The notes: generated from the sequence alone by a model not told the origin. Counted from the first letter of the stretch, positions 1-9,961 are shown. The stretch: DNA of 64,000 nucleotides from an uncultured Chloroflexia bacterium (GCA_963706695.1 CAVPNC010000006.1:134361-198360); one strand, 5' to 3'. A program made the numbers and translations.

Positions 1-851
<851 letters not shown>

Positions 852-855
<4 letters not shown>

Positions 856-1616
856 CGCCGCTCTACTACGAGCGACGCGGCGAGGGGCCTCCGCTGCTGC
901 TGTTGCACGCCACCCTCTCCTCGTCTCGCGGGCTGCGCACCCTGGCGACCCGCCTCGCGACCGCCCACACCGTGATCAGCGTCGACCGCCGCGGCAGCGG
1001 CCAGAGCGTCTTCGAGGGCCCGTCTCGACCGATCGCGGTCACGACGCATATCGAGGACCTCGCCCGCATCATCGAGGCCGAGGAGCTAGGCCCGGTCGCG
1101 CTCGTGGGCCACAGCTACGGCGGCTGCGTGGCCCTCGAGCTGGCCGCGCGCCTGCCGGGGCTGGTGCGAGCCGTCCTGGCCTATGAGCCGCCGTACGCCC
1201 CGGTGGCCCCCGCGGCGGTGCAGGCAGGCATGGCCGAGATCGGCCGCCGGACGCTCGCCGCCCACGCCGACGCCGGGCCGGCCGCGGCGGCGCTTACCTT
1301 CATGGCGGCCGTGTCCGGACCCGAGGCCGTGGCCGCCCTGAGCCCCGCGGCGCGTGCTCGCGTGGAGGCCGCGGGACAAGGTGCCGTCGCGGATGCGACC
1401 CTGTTGGGCATGAACCCCGACGCCCTCGACCGCCTCGACCGCCCCGTCCGCATCGTCACCGGCACTGCCAGCGACCCGCTGTACGCCGACATCGCCGAGG
1501 CGCTCACGGCGCGCATCCCGACCGCTGACCACCTGCGCCTTGACGGCCTCGATCACATGGCGCCGGTGCTGCGCCCCGAGCCCATCGTCGAGGCCGTGGA
1601 AGGGTTCCTCGCATGA
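852..1616 (+). CDS. menH: alpha/beta-fold hydrolase, putative MenH (SHCHC synthase) by operon context
   Basis: 254 aa with nucleophile-elbow motif GHSYGG. It sits between a MenE-like ligase and the demethylmenaquinone methyltransferase, with overlapping stop/start at both ends. Confidence 0.5.
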
Positions 1617-2344
1617 GCCAGGGCAACAGCGCTCCACCGCAGAAGGTGGAAGCGATGTTCGACCAGATCTCGGGCGTCTACGACGGCATGAACCTGGCCA
1701 TCAGCGGCTTCCAGGAGCCGCGCTGGCGCAAGAAGATCGTGGCTGCCGCCGGTGTCGGTCCGGGCGATCGGGCACTGGACGTGGCCTGCGGAACCGGCAA
1801 GGTCACGACCGACCTCTACCAGGCCGTGCAGCCGGGTGGGCAAGCCCTCGGCATCGACTTCAGCGCCCGCATGATCAGCGTGGCCAACGAGCGTCGGCCG
1901 TCCCAGCTCGCCGGGCTCACCTTCGAGCAGGGTGATGCGCTGGCGCTGCCCGTCGAGGATGACAGCTTCGATGCCGCCACCATCGCCTACGGCATGCGCA
2001 ACCTCTCCGACTACCGGCAGGGTTTCGCCGAGATGGCCCGCGCCGTGCGGCCCGGCGGCATGGTCGTGTGCTTCGAGATCCACACGCCGACGAGCGCCTT
2101 CGGACGACTGGCGGCGATCTGGTTCGATCACGTGGTGCCGCTCATCGGCAGGCTGATCGGCCAGGGCGATGCCTACGGCTACCTCGCCAACTCGGTGAAG
2201 GGCTATCCCAGCCCTGAGCGCATCGCGGAGATCATGCGCGAGGCCGGCCTGCAGGACGTCCACTGGGAGGGTTTCATGGGCGGCATCGTGGCGCTCCACG
2301 TGGGCACCGTGTCGGTTTCGGCGGGCGAGGCTGCCTCTTCGTAG
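1613..2344 (+). CDS. ubiE: demethylmenaquinone/ubiquinone methyltransferase (class I SAM-dependent MTase, UbiE/MenG family)
   Basis: 243 aa. It has the UbiE N-terminal signature (FDQISGVYDGMNLAISGFQEPRWRKK) and the SAM motif LDVACGTG. ATGA overlap with the upstream gene. Confidence 0.8.
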   Translation: MSQGNSAPPQKVEAMFDQISGVYDGMNLAISGFQEPRWRKKIVAAAGVGPGDRALDVACGTGKVTTDLYQAVQPGGQALGIDFSARMISVANERRPSQLAGLTFEQGDALALPVEDDSFDAATIAYGMRNLSDYRQGFAEMARAVRPGGMVVCFEIHTPTSAFGRLAAIWFDHVVPLIGRLIGQGDAYGYLANSVKGYPSPERIAEIMREAGLQDVHWEGFMGGIVALHVGTVSVSAGEAASS

Positions 2345-2424
2345 TTCCCGGGGGTTCGTGAGCCATCGCCTCGCGCGGCCAGCGGTTCGGTCAGCCAGTC
2401 CTGGAGAGGCTCGAGGATCGAGGC

Positions 2425-2595
2425 CCGCTGCGGCGTGGTGGTGCGCGGGGAGGCGGTTCGCGGCGTGGTGGTTCGCGGCGAGGCGGCGCGCAGGGTGCGC
2501 GGCGTGGTGGTGCGCGGCGTGGTGGTGGCGCGCGGGGAGGTGGTGCGCAGGGATAGCTCGCGGCGCAGGGTGCGCGGCGTGGTGGTGTCGCCGGC
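2425..2595. repeat. degenerate GC-rich direct repeats (GCGGCGTGGTGGTGCGCGG-like motif, about 5 copies) in a 690 bp noncoding gap
   Basis: The motif recurs at about 2429, 2459, 2497, 2517 and 2572. The overlapping ORFs translate to low-complexity VVVRG repeats and are not credible proteins. Confidence 0.5.
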
Positions 2596-2665
2596 TATGC
2601 CGCCAGGGACTGTACCGACCAGGCAGGCCGTCCGATCGCTCCGATCAGCGGCTCATCCCACCCCT

Positions 2666-2917
2666 GGCATGCCCGTGGTGCATGAACCCGCGAGGCACGT
2701 GGCCCGTTCATGCACCGGGGGCATAGACCCGCGCGGCGCCTGGCCCGTTCATGCGCGGGGGGCATGGACCCCAGCGGCGCGTGGCCCGTTCAGGCGCGGG
2801 GGGCATGGATCCGCCGTGAGCCTGGCCCGTTCAGGCGCGGGGGGCATGGATCGCCATGAGCCTGGCCCGTTCATGCGCGGGGGGCATGGACCGCGAGGCA
2901 CGTGCCCGGCATGACCG
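2666..2917. repeat. tandem array of a 40-41 bp unit (TGGCCCGTTCATGCGCGGGGGGCATGGACC + about 11 variable nt); 5 full copies and 2 partial
   Basis: Units start at 2700, 2741, 2782, 2823 and 2863, with partial copies at both ends. Each unit contains a near-perfect inverted repeat GTTCATGC..GCATGGAC (hairpin with a G6 loop). The variable segments are only about 10 nt, so this is not a CRISPR. It lies between convergent genes menG and the sulfatase. Confidence 0.7.
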
Positions 2918-3038
2918 TCCGACCCCGTGGGCCAACGCGCTGATCGACACCCCGCGGCGAGACGTGCTGCCGCGCCGCACCTTGCCTCAGTGGGAGCTGG
3001 CCACCCAGGCGATGGCCCACAAACCCGCCGAACGACAG

Positions 3039-4529
3039 CTAGTCGGTCGGACGGAGCCGCGGCTCGGGCGCGACCTCGAGCTTGAGCTCGTCCAGCTGCG
3101 CCGCCAGGGTCTGGGCCAGGGCCTCCAGCTCCGGCGCGGGTTCGCCTGCGAGCAGGTTCTGCAGCTCGCAGGGATCTCCGGGTTGGCCCTCGGACCACTC
3201 GTAACAGAGCCCGCCGCGGATGTCGTAAAGCTCGCGGAACCCGTCACGGTTCTCGACGTAGTGCCAGCGACCGTCAGGATGGTCATCGGTCGTGCGGATG
3301 GACCACCACACCGGCCGGTCGCCGCCGGAGGGCACCGCGTGCAACAGGGAGTCGCGCAGGTAGGGCATGGGCTCGTCGGCGAGCACCGAGGCGAAGGAGA
3401 GCCCGTCGGCTGCTTGCTGGCCGTTGGGGTAGGGGCCCATCTCGCAGCCGCCCAGCTCGCAGAAGGTGGGCGCGAAGTCGATCACCGACAGGGTCGTGGC
3501 ATCATCGCGCGGCTCCGTGCCCCGCCCGGCGGGCCAGGCCACGTAGGCCGGCATGGGCGTGGCGTAGGGCGAGACCTTGGCCACCCTGCGGTGCTCTCCC
3601 CAGGTCATGCCGTTGTCGCCGATGAAGACGAAGACCGTGTCATCGAGGCGGCCCTCGTCCTCGAGCGCGCGTCCCACCCGGCCGATCATCTCATCCACCG
3701 CCAGCAACGACTCGCAGTGTGCCGTGAGGTCGAAGCCGTCATCAGCGAGTGGCGACTCGGCCTGGATGTAGGCCGGCTTGTCCGAGACGTCTGCCTCGTC
3801 GTAGTTCGGCGGCGACCACGGCTCGAGGTCCCGACAGCGCTCGTCGCCTTCATGCCGAGGTGCGGGCAGGTTGGGCTCGTGCGGTGTGTAGGGCGCGATG
3901 AGCGCGAACAGCGGCTCGTCGTCCGGCGCCTGCCTGATGCGCTTGACCGCGATGTCGGCGATGACGTCGGTGGAGTAGTCCTCCTCGTCGGTCTTGTGCT
4001 GGGTGATGTTGCCGTCACGGTCGCGGATCTGATACCAGAAGTACTTGCCCTGGTTGCTGTTGATGACGTCGAACCGGTCCCAGCCAGGGGGGTCGTAGCG
4101 GTCGGGGCTGAAGCGCTTGTAGCCGTTGAGGTACTTGCCCACGTAGGCGGTGTGGTAGCCGGCCTCGGAGAGCTCGGTGGCGATGGTGGTGGACACGTCG
4201 AGCTGCTCGCCGTTGTTGCTGTTGGCGCCGCTGTTGTGCGCGTGCTGGCCCGTCAGCAGCGCCGCGCGCGAAGGCCCGCACAGCGGCACCTCCCCATGGA
4301 AGTCGGTGAAGCGGATCCCGCGCTCCACGATGAGCTCGTTGAGGTTGGGCATCGTGTCTGCCGACCACAGCCGCCCGTCGTGGGGATTGGCGTCGTCGAT
4401 CATGACCACCACGATGTTCGGCTGCGCTCCCTGGCCGGGCTCCTGGGCGCTCACGATGCTGGGCCCGCCGGCGACCGCGAGCAGCGGTGCGAGGGCCAGG
4501 CAGCCTGCGCTGCGGATGCGTCGGTTCAC
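3039..4529 (-). CDS. secreted sulfatase (arylsulfatase/formylglycine-dependent sulfatase family)
   Basis: 496 aa with an N-terminal signal peptide. It has the sulfatase signature C-G-P-S-R-AALLTG (formylglycine site) and metal-binding residues (VVVMIDDAN..., GDNG). Confidence 0.8.
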   Translation of the reverse strand: MNRRIRSAGCLALAPLLAVAGGPSIVSAQEPGQGAQPNIVVVMIDDANPHDGRLWSADTMPNLNELIVERGIRFTDFHGEVPLCGPSRAALLTGQHAHNSGANSNNGEQLDVSTTIATELSEAGYHTAYVGKYLNGYKRFSPDRYDPPGWDRFDVINSNQGKYFWYQIRDRDGNITQHKTDEEDYSTDVIADIAVKRIRQAPDDEPLFALIAPYTPHEPNLPAPRHEGDERCRDLEPWSPPNYDEADVSDKPAYIQAESPLADDGFDLTAHCESLLAVDEMIGRVGRALEDEGRLDDTVFVFIGDNGMTWGEHRRVAKVSPYATPMPAYVAWPAGRGTEPRDDATTLSVIDFAPTFCELGGCEMGPYPNGQQAADGLSFASVLADEPMPYLRDSLLHAVPSGGDRPVWWSIRTTDDHPDGRWHYVENRDGFRELYDIRGGLCYEWSEGQPGDPCELQNLLAGEPAPELEALAQTLAAQLDELKLEVAPEPRLRPTD

Positions 4530-4581
4530 GCGTCGAAGAGTAGCGTGTCCTCGGACTTGACTTGCATGACGACGGCGGTCG

Positions 4582-5538
4582 TTGGGCTACCATCGAGACG
4601 TGTCCACCTCTCCGACCACTCCGCTTATCCATGCCCGCGGACTGACCAAGCGCTTCGGCGACTTCACCGCGGTCGACGCCGTCGACTTCGACGTCCAGCC
4701 CGGCGAGGCCTTCGGCTTCCTGGGACCCAACGGCGCCGGCAAGACCAGCACCATGCGCATGATCGGCTGCATCTCGCCCATGACCGAGGGCGAGCTCGAG
4801 GTGCTCGGGCTCGATCCGCGTCACGACGGCTCGGCCATCCGCCGGCGCCTGGGTGTCGTGCCCCAGGCCGACACGCTCGACATGGAGCTGACGGTCATGG
4901 AGAACCTCATCATCTACGGGCGCTACTTCGATCTCTCCTACAAGGAGTGCCGCAGCCGGGCCAACGAGCTGCTGGAGTTCGTGCAGCTGACCGAGAAGAC
5001 CGACTCGCAGGTAGAGCCGTTGTCCGGCGGCATGAAGCGGCGCCTGACCATCGCCCGCTCGCTCATCAACGAGCCCGAGATGATCCTGCTCGACGAGCCC
5101 ACCACCGGACTCGACCCACAGGCGCGCCACATGGTCTGGGAACGCTTGTACCAGCTCAAGAAGCAGGGCGTGACGCTCATCCTCACGACCCACTACATGG
5201 ATGAGGCGGAGCAGCTCTGCGACCGGCTCGTGGTCATGGACAAGGCCCGCATCGTGGCCGAGGGATCGCCTCGCTCGCTCATCGCCGAATACGCCAGCCG
5301 CGAGGTGCTGGAGCTGCGCTTCGAGGACCTCCGCACGCCTGACCTCGAGGGCAAGGGGCGCGGCCTGATCCAGCGCAGCGAGCAGCTGCCCGACCGCATC
5401 CTGCTCTACACCGACGCGGGGGAGGCCCTCGCCGAGGCGCTCCACGAGGAGGAGGTCCGCCCGGTCAGCCAGCTCGTCCGCCGCTCCTCGCTCGAGGACG
5501 TGTTCCTGCGCCTCACCGGCAGGAGGCTCATCGAGTGA
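4582..5538 (+). CDS. ABC transporter ATP-binding protein (DrrA/NodI-like, ABC-2 exporter ATPase)
   Basis: Walker A GPNGAGKTST, signature LSGGMKRRL, Walker B ILLDEPTTGLD. The start may be the GTG near 4600; the start at 4582 is a TTG. Confidence 0.8.
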   Translation: MGYHRDVSTSPTTPLIHARGLTKRFGDFTAVDAVDFDVQPGEAFGFLGPNGAGKTSTMRMIGCISPMTEGELEVLGLDPRHDGSAIRRRLGVVPQADTLDMELTVMENLIIYGRYFDLSYKECRSRANELLEFVQLTEKTDSQVEPLSGGMKRRLTIARSLINEPEMILLDEPTTGLDPQARHMVWERLYQLKKQGVTLILTTHYMDEAEQLCDRLVVMDKARIVAEGSPRSLIAEYASREVLELRFEDLRTPDLEGKGRGLIQRSEQLPDRILLYTDAGEALAEALHEEEVRPVSQLVRRSSLEDVFLRLTGRRLIE

Positions 5539-6324
5539 CCGCGAGGGACCACCTTCGCAGCGTCCTGCGGGTGATGGAGCATCATGCCTTCGTCTATCGG
5601 CGGACGTGGCAGGGCTCCGTCTTCTCCACCTTCCTCAACCCCATCCTCTACCTGGCCGCGCTGGGCGTGGGCCTGGGGGCGTTCGTGGACCAGTCCAACC
5701 CGGCGGGTGTCGAGGGCGTCACGTATGCCATGTTCCTGGCCCCCGGCATCCTCGTGGCCACGGCCATGAACACGGCCACGGGCGAGTCGACCTACCCGGT
5801 CATGGCCGGCATCCGCTGGCTCAAGACGTACGTGGGCATGATCCTCTCGCCGCTCGACCCACGGCACGTGGCCACCGGCCAGCTGCTGTGGGCGGGCGTG
5901 CGGGTGACCCTGGGCGGGGTCGTCTTCCTGGGCGTGATGATCGCCTTCGGGGCCACGGACCTGCCCCACGCCCTGCTGATGCTGCCGGTCACGATCCTCA
6001 CCGGCCTGGCCTTCGCGGCGCCCATCCAGGCCTTCTCGGCGGCGCAGACCAACGACGCTCCCTTCGCCACCCTCTTCCGCTTCGTGATCATGCCCATGTT
6101 CATCTTCAGCGGCACGTTCTTCCCCATCAGCCAGCTGCCCGAGCTGCTGCAGGTGGTGGCCGTCCTGACGCCGCTGTGGCACGCGGTCTCGCTCTCGCGC
6201 GGCATCGCGCTCGAGACGCTGGACCCGATGGTGGCGCTGGTCAACGTGGCCTACCTGAGCGCGCTCGTTGGCCGTGGGCCTGGCCTGGTCCTACCGCACC
6301 TTCAGCCGCCGGCTGGCGGAGTAG
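5535..6324 (+). pseudogene. ABC-2 type transporter permease (first of two), with an apparent single-base frameshift near 6258-6266
   Basis: Frame 0 from the GTG at 5535 gives an ABC-2 permease with 6 TM segments, up to ...NVAYLSA. The canonical C-terminus SLAVGLAWSYRTFSRRLAE-stop, which parallels the second permease's ...AYLSAMGLVGVAITSRRLRGLLLK, lies in frame +1 and ends at the TAG at 6322-6324. That TAG sits immediately before the GTG start of permease 2. The annotated ORF 5535..6551 runs out of frame into the next gene. Confidence 0.6.
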
Positions 6325-6328
6325 GGCC

Positions 6329-7117
6329 GTGCTCATCACCACCCGCTTCTTCCCCGATCGAGCCATCGGCAGCTCGCGTGCGCACAAGGTCCTCGAGCGC
6401 AACGTCATCGTCTACCGGCGCAACTGGACCATCATCGTCACCGGCTTCTTCGAGCCCATCTTCTACCTGCTGGGCATCGGCTTCGGCCTGGGCACGCTGG
6501 TGGGCGACGTCGGCGACATCCCCTACGCCGCGTTCGTGGCACCCGGCCTGATGGCCACCGCGGCCATGAACGGCGCACTCTTCGAGTCGACCTTCAACCT
6601 CTTCTTCAAGCTCAAGTACGCCAAGACGTTCGACGCCATCCTGTCCACGCCGCTGGGGCCGTCCGACATCGCGGTGGGCGAGGTCAGCTGGGCCCTCACA
6701 CGCGGCCTGCTCTACGCCATCGCCTTCCTGGTGGTGATGCTGCTCCTGGGCCTGGTGCTCTCACCACTGGGCATCCTCATGATCCCGGGCGCGCTGCTCA
6801 TCGGCCTCGCCGCCGCGGCCGTGGGTATGGCCGCCACCACCTACATGCGCTCGTGGAAGGACTTCGACGTGATCACGGTGGTGACCATGCCCATGTTCCT
6901 CTTCAGCGGAACCTTCTACCCCATCTCCGTCTATCCCGATTGGCTCGAGGCCATCGTGGAGCTGACCCCGCTCTACCGCGGCGTGCACATGATGCGCAGC
7001 TTCTCGACCGGGGACCTCGGGCCCATGCTGCTGGTCGACATCGCCTATCTCAGCGCCATGGGCCTGGTGGGCGTGGCCATCACCTCGCGCCGCTTGCGCG
7101 GCCTGCTCCTGAAGTGA
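6329..7117 (+). CDS. ABC-2 type transporter permease (second subunit)
   Basis: This is the C-terminal 262 aa of ORF 5606..7117, starting at GTG 6329 (VLITTRFFPDRAIGSSRAHKVLERNVIVYRRNWT). It is paralogous to permease 1 and has 6 predicted TM helices. Confidence 0.7.
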   Translation: MLITTRFFPDRAIGSSRAHKVLERNVIVYRRNWTIIVTGFFEPIFYLLGIGFGLGTLVGDVGDIPYAAFVAPGLMATAAMNGALFESTFNLFFKLKYAKTFDAILSTPLGPSDIAVGEVSWALTRGLLYAIAFLVVMLLLGLVLSPLGILMIPGALLIGLAAAAVGMAATTYMRSWKDFDVITVVTMPMFLFSGTFYPISVYPDWLEAIVELTPLYRGVHMMRSFSTGDLGPMLLVDIAYLSAMGLVGVAITSRRLRGLLLK

Positions 7118-7125
7118 ACAGACCG

Positions 7126-7158
7126 AGGCGCCGCTCCGAGGGTTCGGGAACGGCGCCT
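7126..7158 (+). terminator. GC-rich hairpin downstream of the ABC operon (AGGCGCCG-n17-CGGCGCCT), a candidate bidirectional terminator
   Basis: 8 bp perfect inverted repeat 8 nt after the permease stop, in a 195 bp spacer between convergent genes. There is no U-tract, so this is a weak intrinsic terminator candidate. Confidence 0.3.
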
Positions 7159-7312
7159 GGTGGGCGGTGGGAGGGTCAGGCTCCCGGCCTCGGTCCGGAC
7201 GTCTTCACGGCGTAGACGTCCTGCAGGGAGGAGGAGAGGATGGTCTCCTCCCGCGGTACGTACTCCATAGTACGTACTACCTACGGAGTCTAGGGTCCGG
7301 TGTGCGCACGTG

Positions 7313-8585
7313 TCAAGGACGCGTCGGCCGGACCCCGAAGAGGCGTCGCTCGCCGGTGCTGGCGCCCCAGTCGATGCGCCTGACCCCGCCGAAGGCCGCG
7401 TAGTCGGCGAGCGCCGAGCGCATGGCCTCCACGAGACCCGGCTGCCGGCGCGGGGAGAACCCGTCCTGCCACCAGATGCCAAGGATGCGCACGACACCGG
7501 CGGCCCGGTCGAACCGTGGCTCGATACGGCCCACCAGCCGGTCACCCCACAGGAGCGGCAGCACGTAGTAGCCCCAGCGGCGCTTGGCCTGGGGCACGTA
7601 GACCTCCCACACGTAGTCGAACGCGAACAGGCTGCGGAGCAGGTCCCGGTCCCAGACCAGTGGATCGAGCGGGGCCAGGAACACCACGCTGGGGTGGGCG
7701 AGCTCACGACCCTGCGCGACCGCGTCGTCGGCCTCACGCAGGAGCTCCAGCTCGTCGCGCAGCACGAAGCGTGTGCCGCGGACGCCGTCTACCGTCACGG
7801 GCACGATCTCGCCGGCTCGGATGAGGTCGGCGCGAAGCTCGGTCCGCGAGACGGTGCCGGGCGGATCGGTGGGCTTCCGCCGCGCCGGACCAAGGCCGTA
7901 CCACAGCGTGTACTCGCCGGTCTCGCCCAGCAGGCCGTGCGCCCGGAAGCGCGAGAGCAGCTTGTGCCGCAGCTGATCGACCGGGTCGACGGTCGTCGCC
8001 GAGCAGCTCGGGCGGGAAGATCCGCTCGGTGAGGTCGAAGTAGCGCCGGTTACCCTCGCGCCGGTCGAGGCTGACGATGCCGGCCTCCCACAGCGCCTCG
8101 AGGATGGCCCGCACCTCCGACGTCGGACCCCAGTACCAGGAGACCGCCCCACGGCGCTCGAAGTCGAGCGTGGTCAGCGGGCCCTCGTCGCGGATGCGCT
8201 CGAGGACGTGATCCATGGCCTCGCGATGTCGCACGAAGGCCGCATCGCGGTGGGCCTCCAGGAAGCGTTCCCAGCTGTGTCGGTGCCAGGGCAGCTCCGT
8301 GCTGGGCAGGATGCTGAGCATCTTGTTGTAGGTCTCGAAGAGCTCGCGGGTGCCGTAGAGCAGCTTGCTGGTCCAGGCCGGGTCGTAGTCGCGGACACGC
8401 GCATGCAGCACCAGGTCGTGGTTGCGGCCGGCGACCGCGAGCGGGTCGAACTGGATCGAGCCGAGGCGCTCGAAGACCGCGCGCACGCCGTCGAGGCCGG
8501 CCGCCTGCGCGCGGGCCGGCGCGAGGAGGTGGCGCTGCACGAGGAAGCGGCGCGCACCGGCGGCGCTGACGACGATGGGGTCCAT
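7313..8585 (-). pseudogene. winged-helix DNA-binding/DNA glycosylase YcaQ (AlkZ-like, DUF1006) family gene, with an apparent single-base frameshift near 7990-8010
   Basis: The N-terminal part (MDPIVVSAAGARRFLVQRHLL...RYFDLTERIFPPELLG) is in the frame of ORF 7734..8732. The C-terminal part (...VDPVDQLRHKLL...FDYVWEVYVPQAKRRWGYYVLPLLWGDRLVGRIEPRFDR...) is in the frame of ORF 7313..8152. Both halves match one YcaQ-family protein. Total length 1273 nt = 3n+1. Confidence 0.6.
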
Positions 8586-8762
8586 GGCTGCCGAGGATAC
8601 GCGGCGCTGCGTGTCGTCGGGGCAGGACCGAGCACCGCCGGTCGGACGCCCGTTGACGGCCGAGCCGCGCTTCGATCGGCCTGCGCGGCGGCATCGCCGA
8701 GCAGCGGTGTCAATGCCCGCGGCAGGGGTCATCGGCCGACCTTCCGTATACTCCCCCCTTGC

Positions 8763-9935
8763 ATGGCCACTACCCGCGATTACTACGAGATCCTGGGGCT
8801 AGAGCGCGGCGCCAGCGACGAGGAGATCAAGCGCTCCTTCCGGAAGCTGGCCCAGCAATGGCACCCCGACGTCAACACCGACCCTGATGCCGACGCGCGC
8901 TTCAAGGAGGTCAACGAGGCCTACCAGGTCCTCTCCGATCCGCAGCGCCGCCAGCAGTACGACATGTTCGGTCGTGCCGGCGTGGGTGGGACCGGTGCGG
9001 GCGCCGAGGGCTACGGTCCCTTCGGTGGCTTCCAGGGCTTCGGCGACATCTTCGATGCCTTCTTCGGCGGTGCGGCCGGCGCTGGCGGAGCGCGACGCAC
9101 GCGCCGCCCGGCTGGGGCCGACCTTCGCTACGACCTGCAGCTGACCTTCGCGGAGGCCGTCTTCGGGGCGGAGAAGGAGCTGACCTTCAGCGCCCTCGAC
9201 ACCTGCGCGACCTGCGCTGGCAGCGGCGCAGAGGCGGGCTCCGAGCCCGTCACCTGCCCGCAGTGCGACGGCAGCGGCGAGGTGCGGGAGGTGCGCAACA
9301 CCCTGCTTGGCCAGATGGTCAACGTGACGCCCTGCGGACGCTGTCGCGGCACCGGCCAGATCGTGGAAGATCCCTGTCCCACGTGTCACGGCGACGGTCG
9401 CACCGAGCGCAAGCGCACCTTGCGCGTGAGCGTGCCGGCGGGCATCGACGACGGGCACCAGATCCGCCTCACGGGGGAAGGAGAGGCGGCCCCGCGGGGC
9501 GGCACGCCCGGCAACCTCTACGTCGTCACCCACGTCGAGGAGCACCCGCAGCTCAAACGGGACGGTACCGAGCTCTACCTGGAGCTGGCGCTGTCGATGA
9601 CGCAGGCAGCGCTGGGTGCGAGCATCCCCATCGTGACCGCGGACGGCGAAGAGCTGCTGGAGGTCAAGCCGGGCACACAGCCGGGCACCGAGATCCGCCG
9701 CCGCGGCAAGGGCGTGCCCCATCTGCGGCGGGCTGGCGCGCGCGGCGACCTGCATGTGCTCATCGACGTGGAGGTGCCCCGCAGCCTCAACGATCGCCAG
9801 CGCGAGCTGCTCGAGGAGCTCGCGGCCGAGTCAGGTGAGCTGAGCGCGGACGGCGAGACGACCGTGGCCGACGGTCCGCGCACGAGGCGCGGCAAGCGCT
9901 CGCTGGGCGACCGCATCAAGGACGCCATCAGCTGA
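8763..9935 (+). CDS. dnaJ: molecular chaperone DnaJ
   Basis: J-domain with the HPD motif (YYEILGLERGASDEEIKRSFRKLAQQWHPDVN), a G/F-rich region and four CxxCxGxG zinc-finger repeats (CATCAGSG, CPQCDGSG, CGRCRGTG, CPTCHGDG). ATG at 8763. Confidence 0.9.
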   Translation: MATTRDYYEILGLERGASDEEIKRSFRKLAQQWHPDVNTDPDADARFKEVNEAYQVLSDPQRRQQYDMFGRAGVGGTGAGAEGYGPFGGFQGFGDIFDAFFGGAAGAGGARRTRRPAGADLRYDLQLTFAEAVFGAEKELTFSALDTCATCAGSGAEAGSEPVTCPQCDGSGEVREVRNTLLGQMVNVTPCGRCRGTGQIVEDPCPTCHGDGRTERKRTLRVSVPAGIDDGHQIRLTGEGEAAPRGGTPGNLYVVTHVEEHPQLKRDGTELYLELALSMTQAALGASIPIVTADGEELLEVKPGTQPGTEIRRRGKGVPHLRRAGARGDLHVLIDVEVPRSLNDRQRELLEELAAESGELSADGETTVADGPRTRRGKRSLGDRIKDAIS

Positions 9936-9961
9936 GCGAGAACGAGAAGGAGTCGGCACCG

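Noticed and set aside
2684-2900. CRISPR array?
   Set aside because: The repeats of about 30 bp are separated by only about 10-11 nt of variable sequence, so the 41 bp period leaves no room for spacers. There are no cas genes and no leader. This is a tandem minisatellite or hairpin array instead.
2358-2914. ORFs 2358..2726 and 2435..2914 as protein-coding
   Set aside because: The translations are low-complexity (VVVRG, AWW repeats) and are generated by the GC-rich DNA repeats. They have no start context and overlap the tandem array.
2856-5204. 782 aa ORF on + strand (and similar long antisense ORFs 4015..5445, 16938..18368, 18380..20209, 21227..22672, 25017..26435, 35203..36270, 37259..38683, 39982..41574, 55687..57066, 58726..60624, 60694..61803, 61542..62402)
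   Set aside because: These are typical high-GC antisense open frames overlapping well-supported genes on the opposite strand. Their translations are Arg/Gly/Pro-rich with no motifs.
8586-8762. CIRCE/HAIR heat-shock operator upstream of dnaJ
   Set aside because: No TTAGCACTC-N9-GAGTGCTAA or CTTGAGT-N7-ACTCAAG-like inverted repeat is present.
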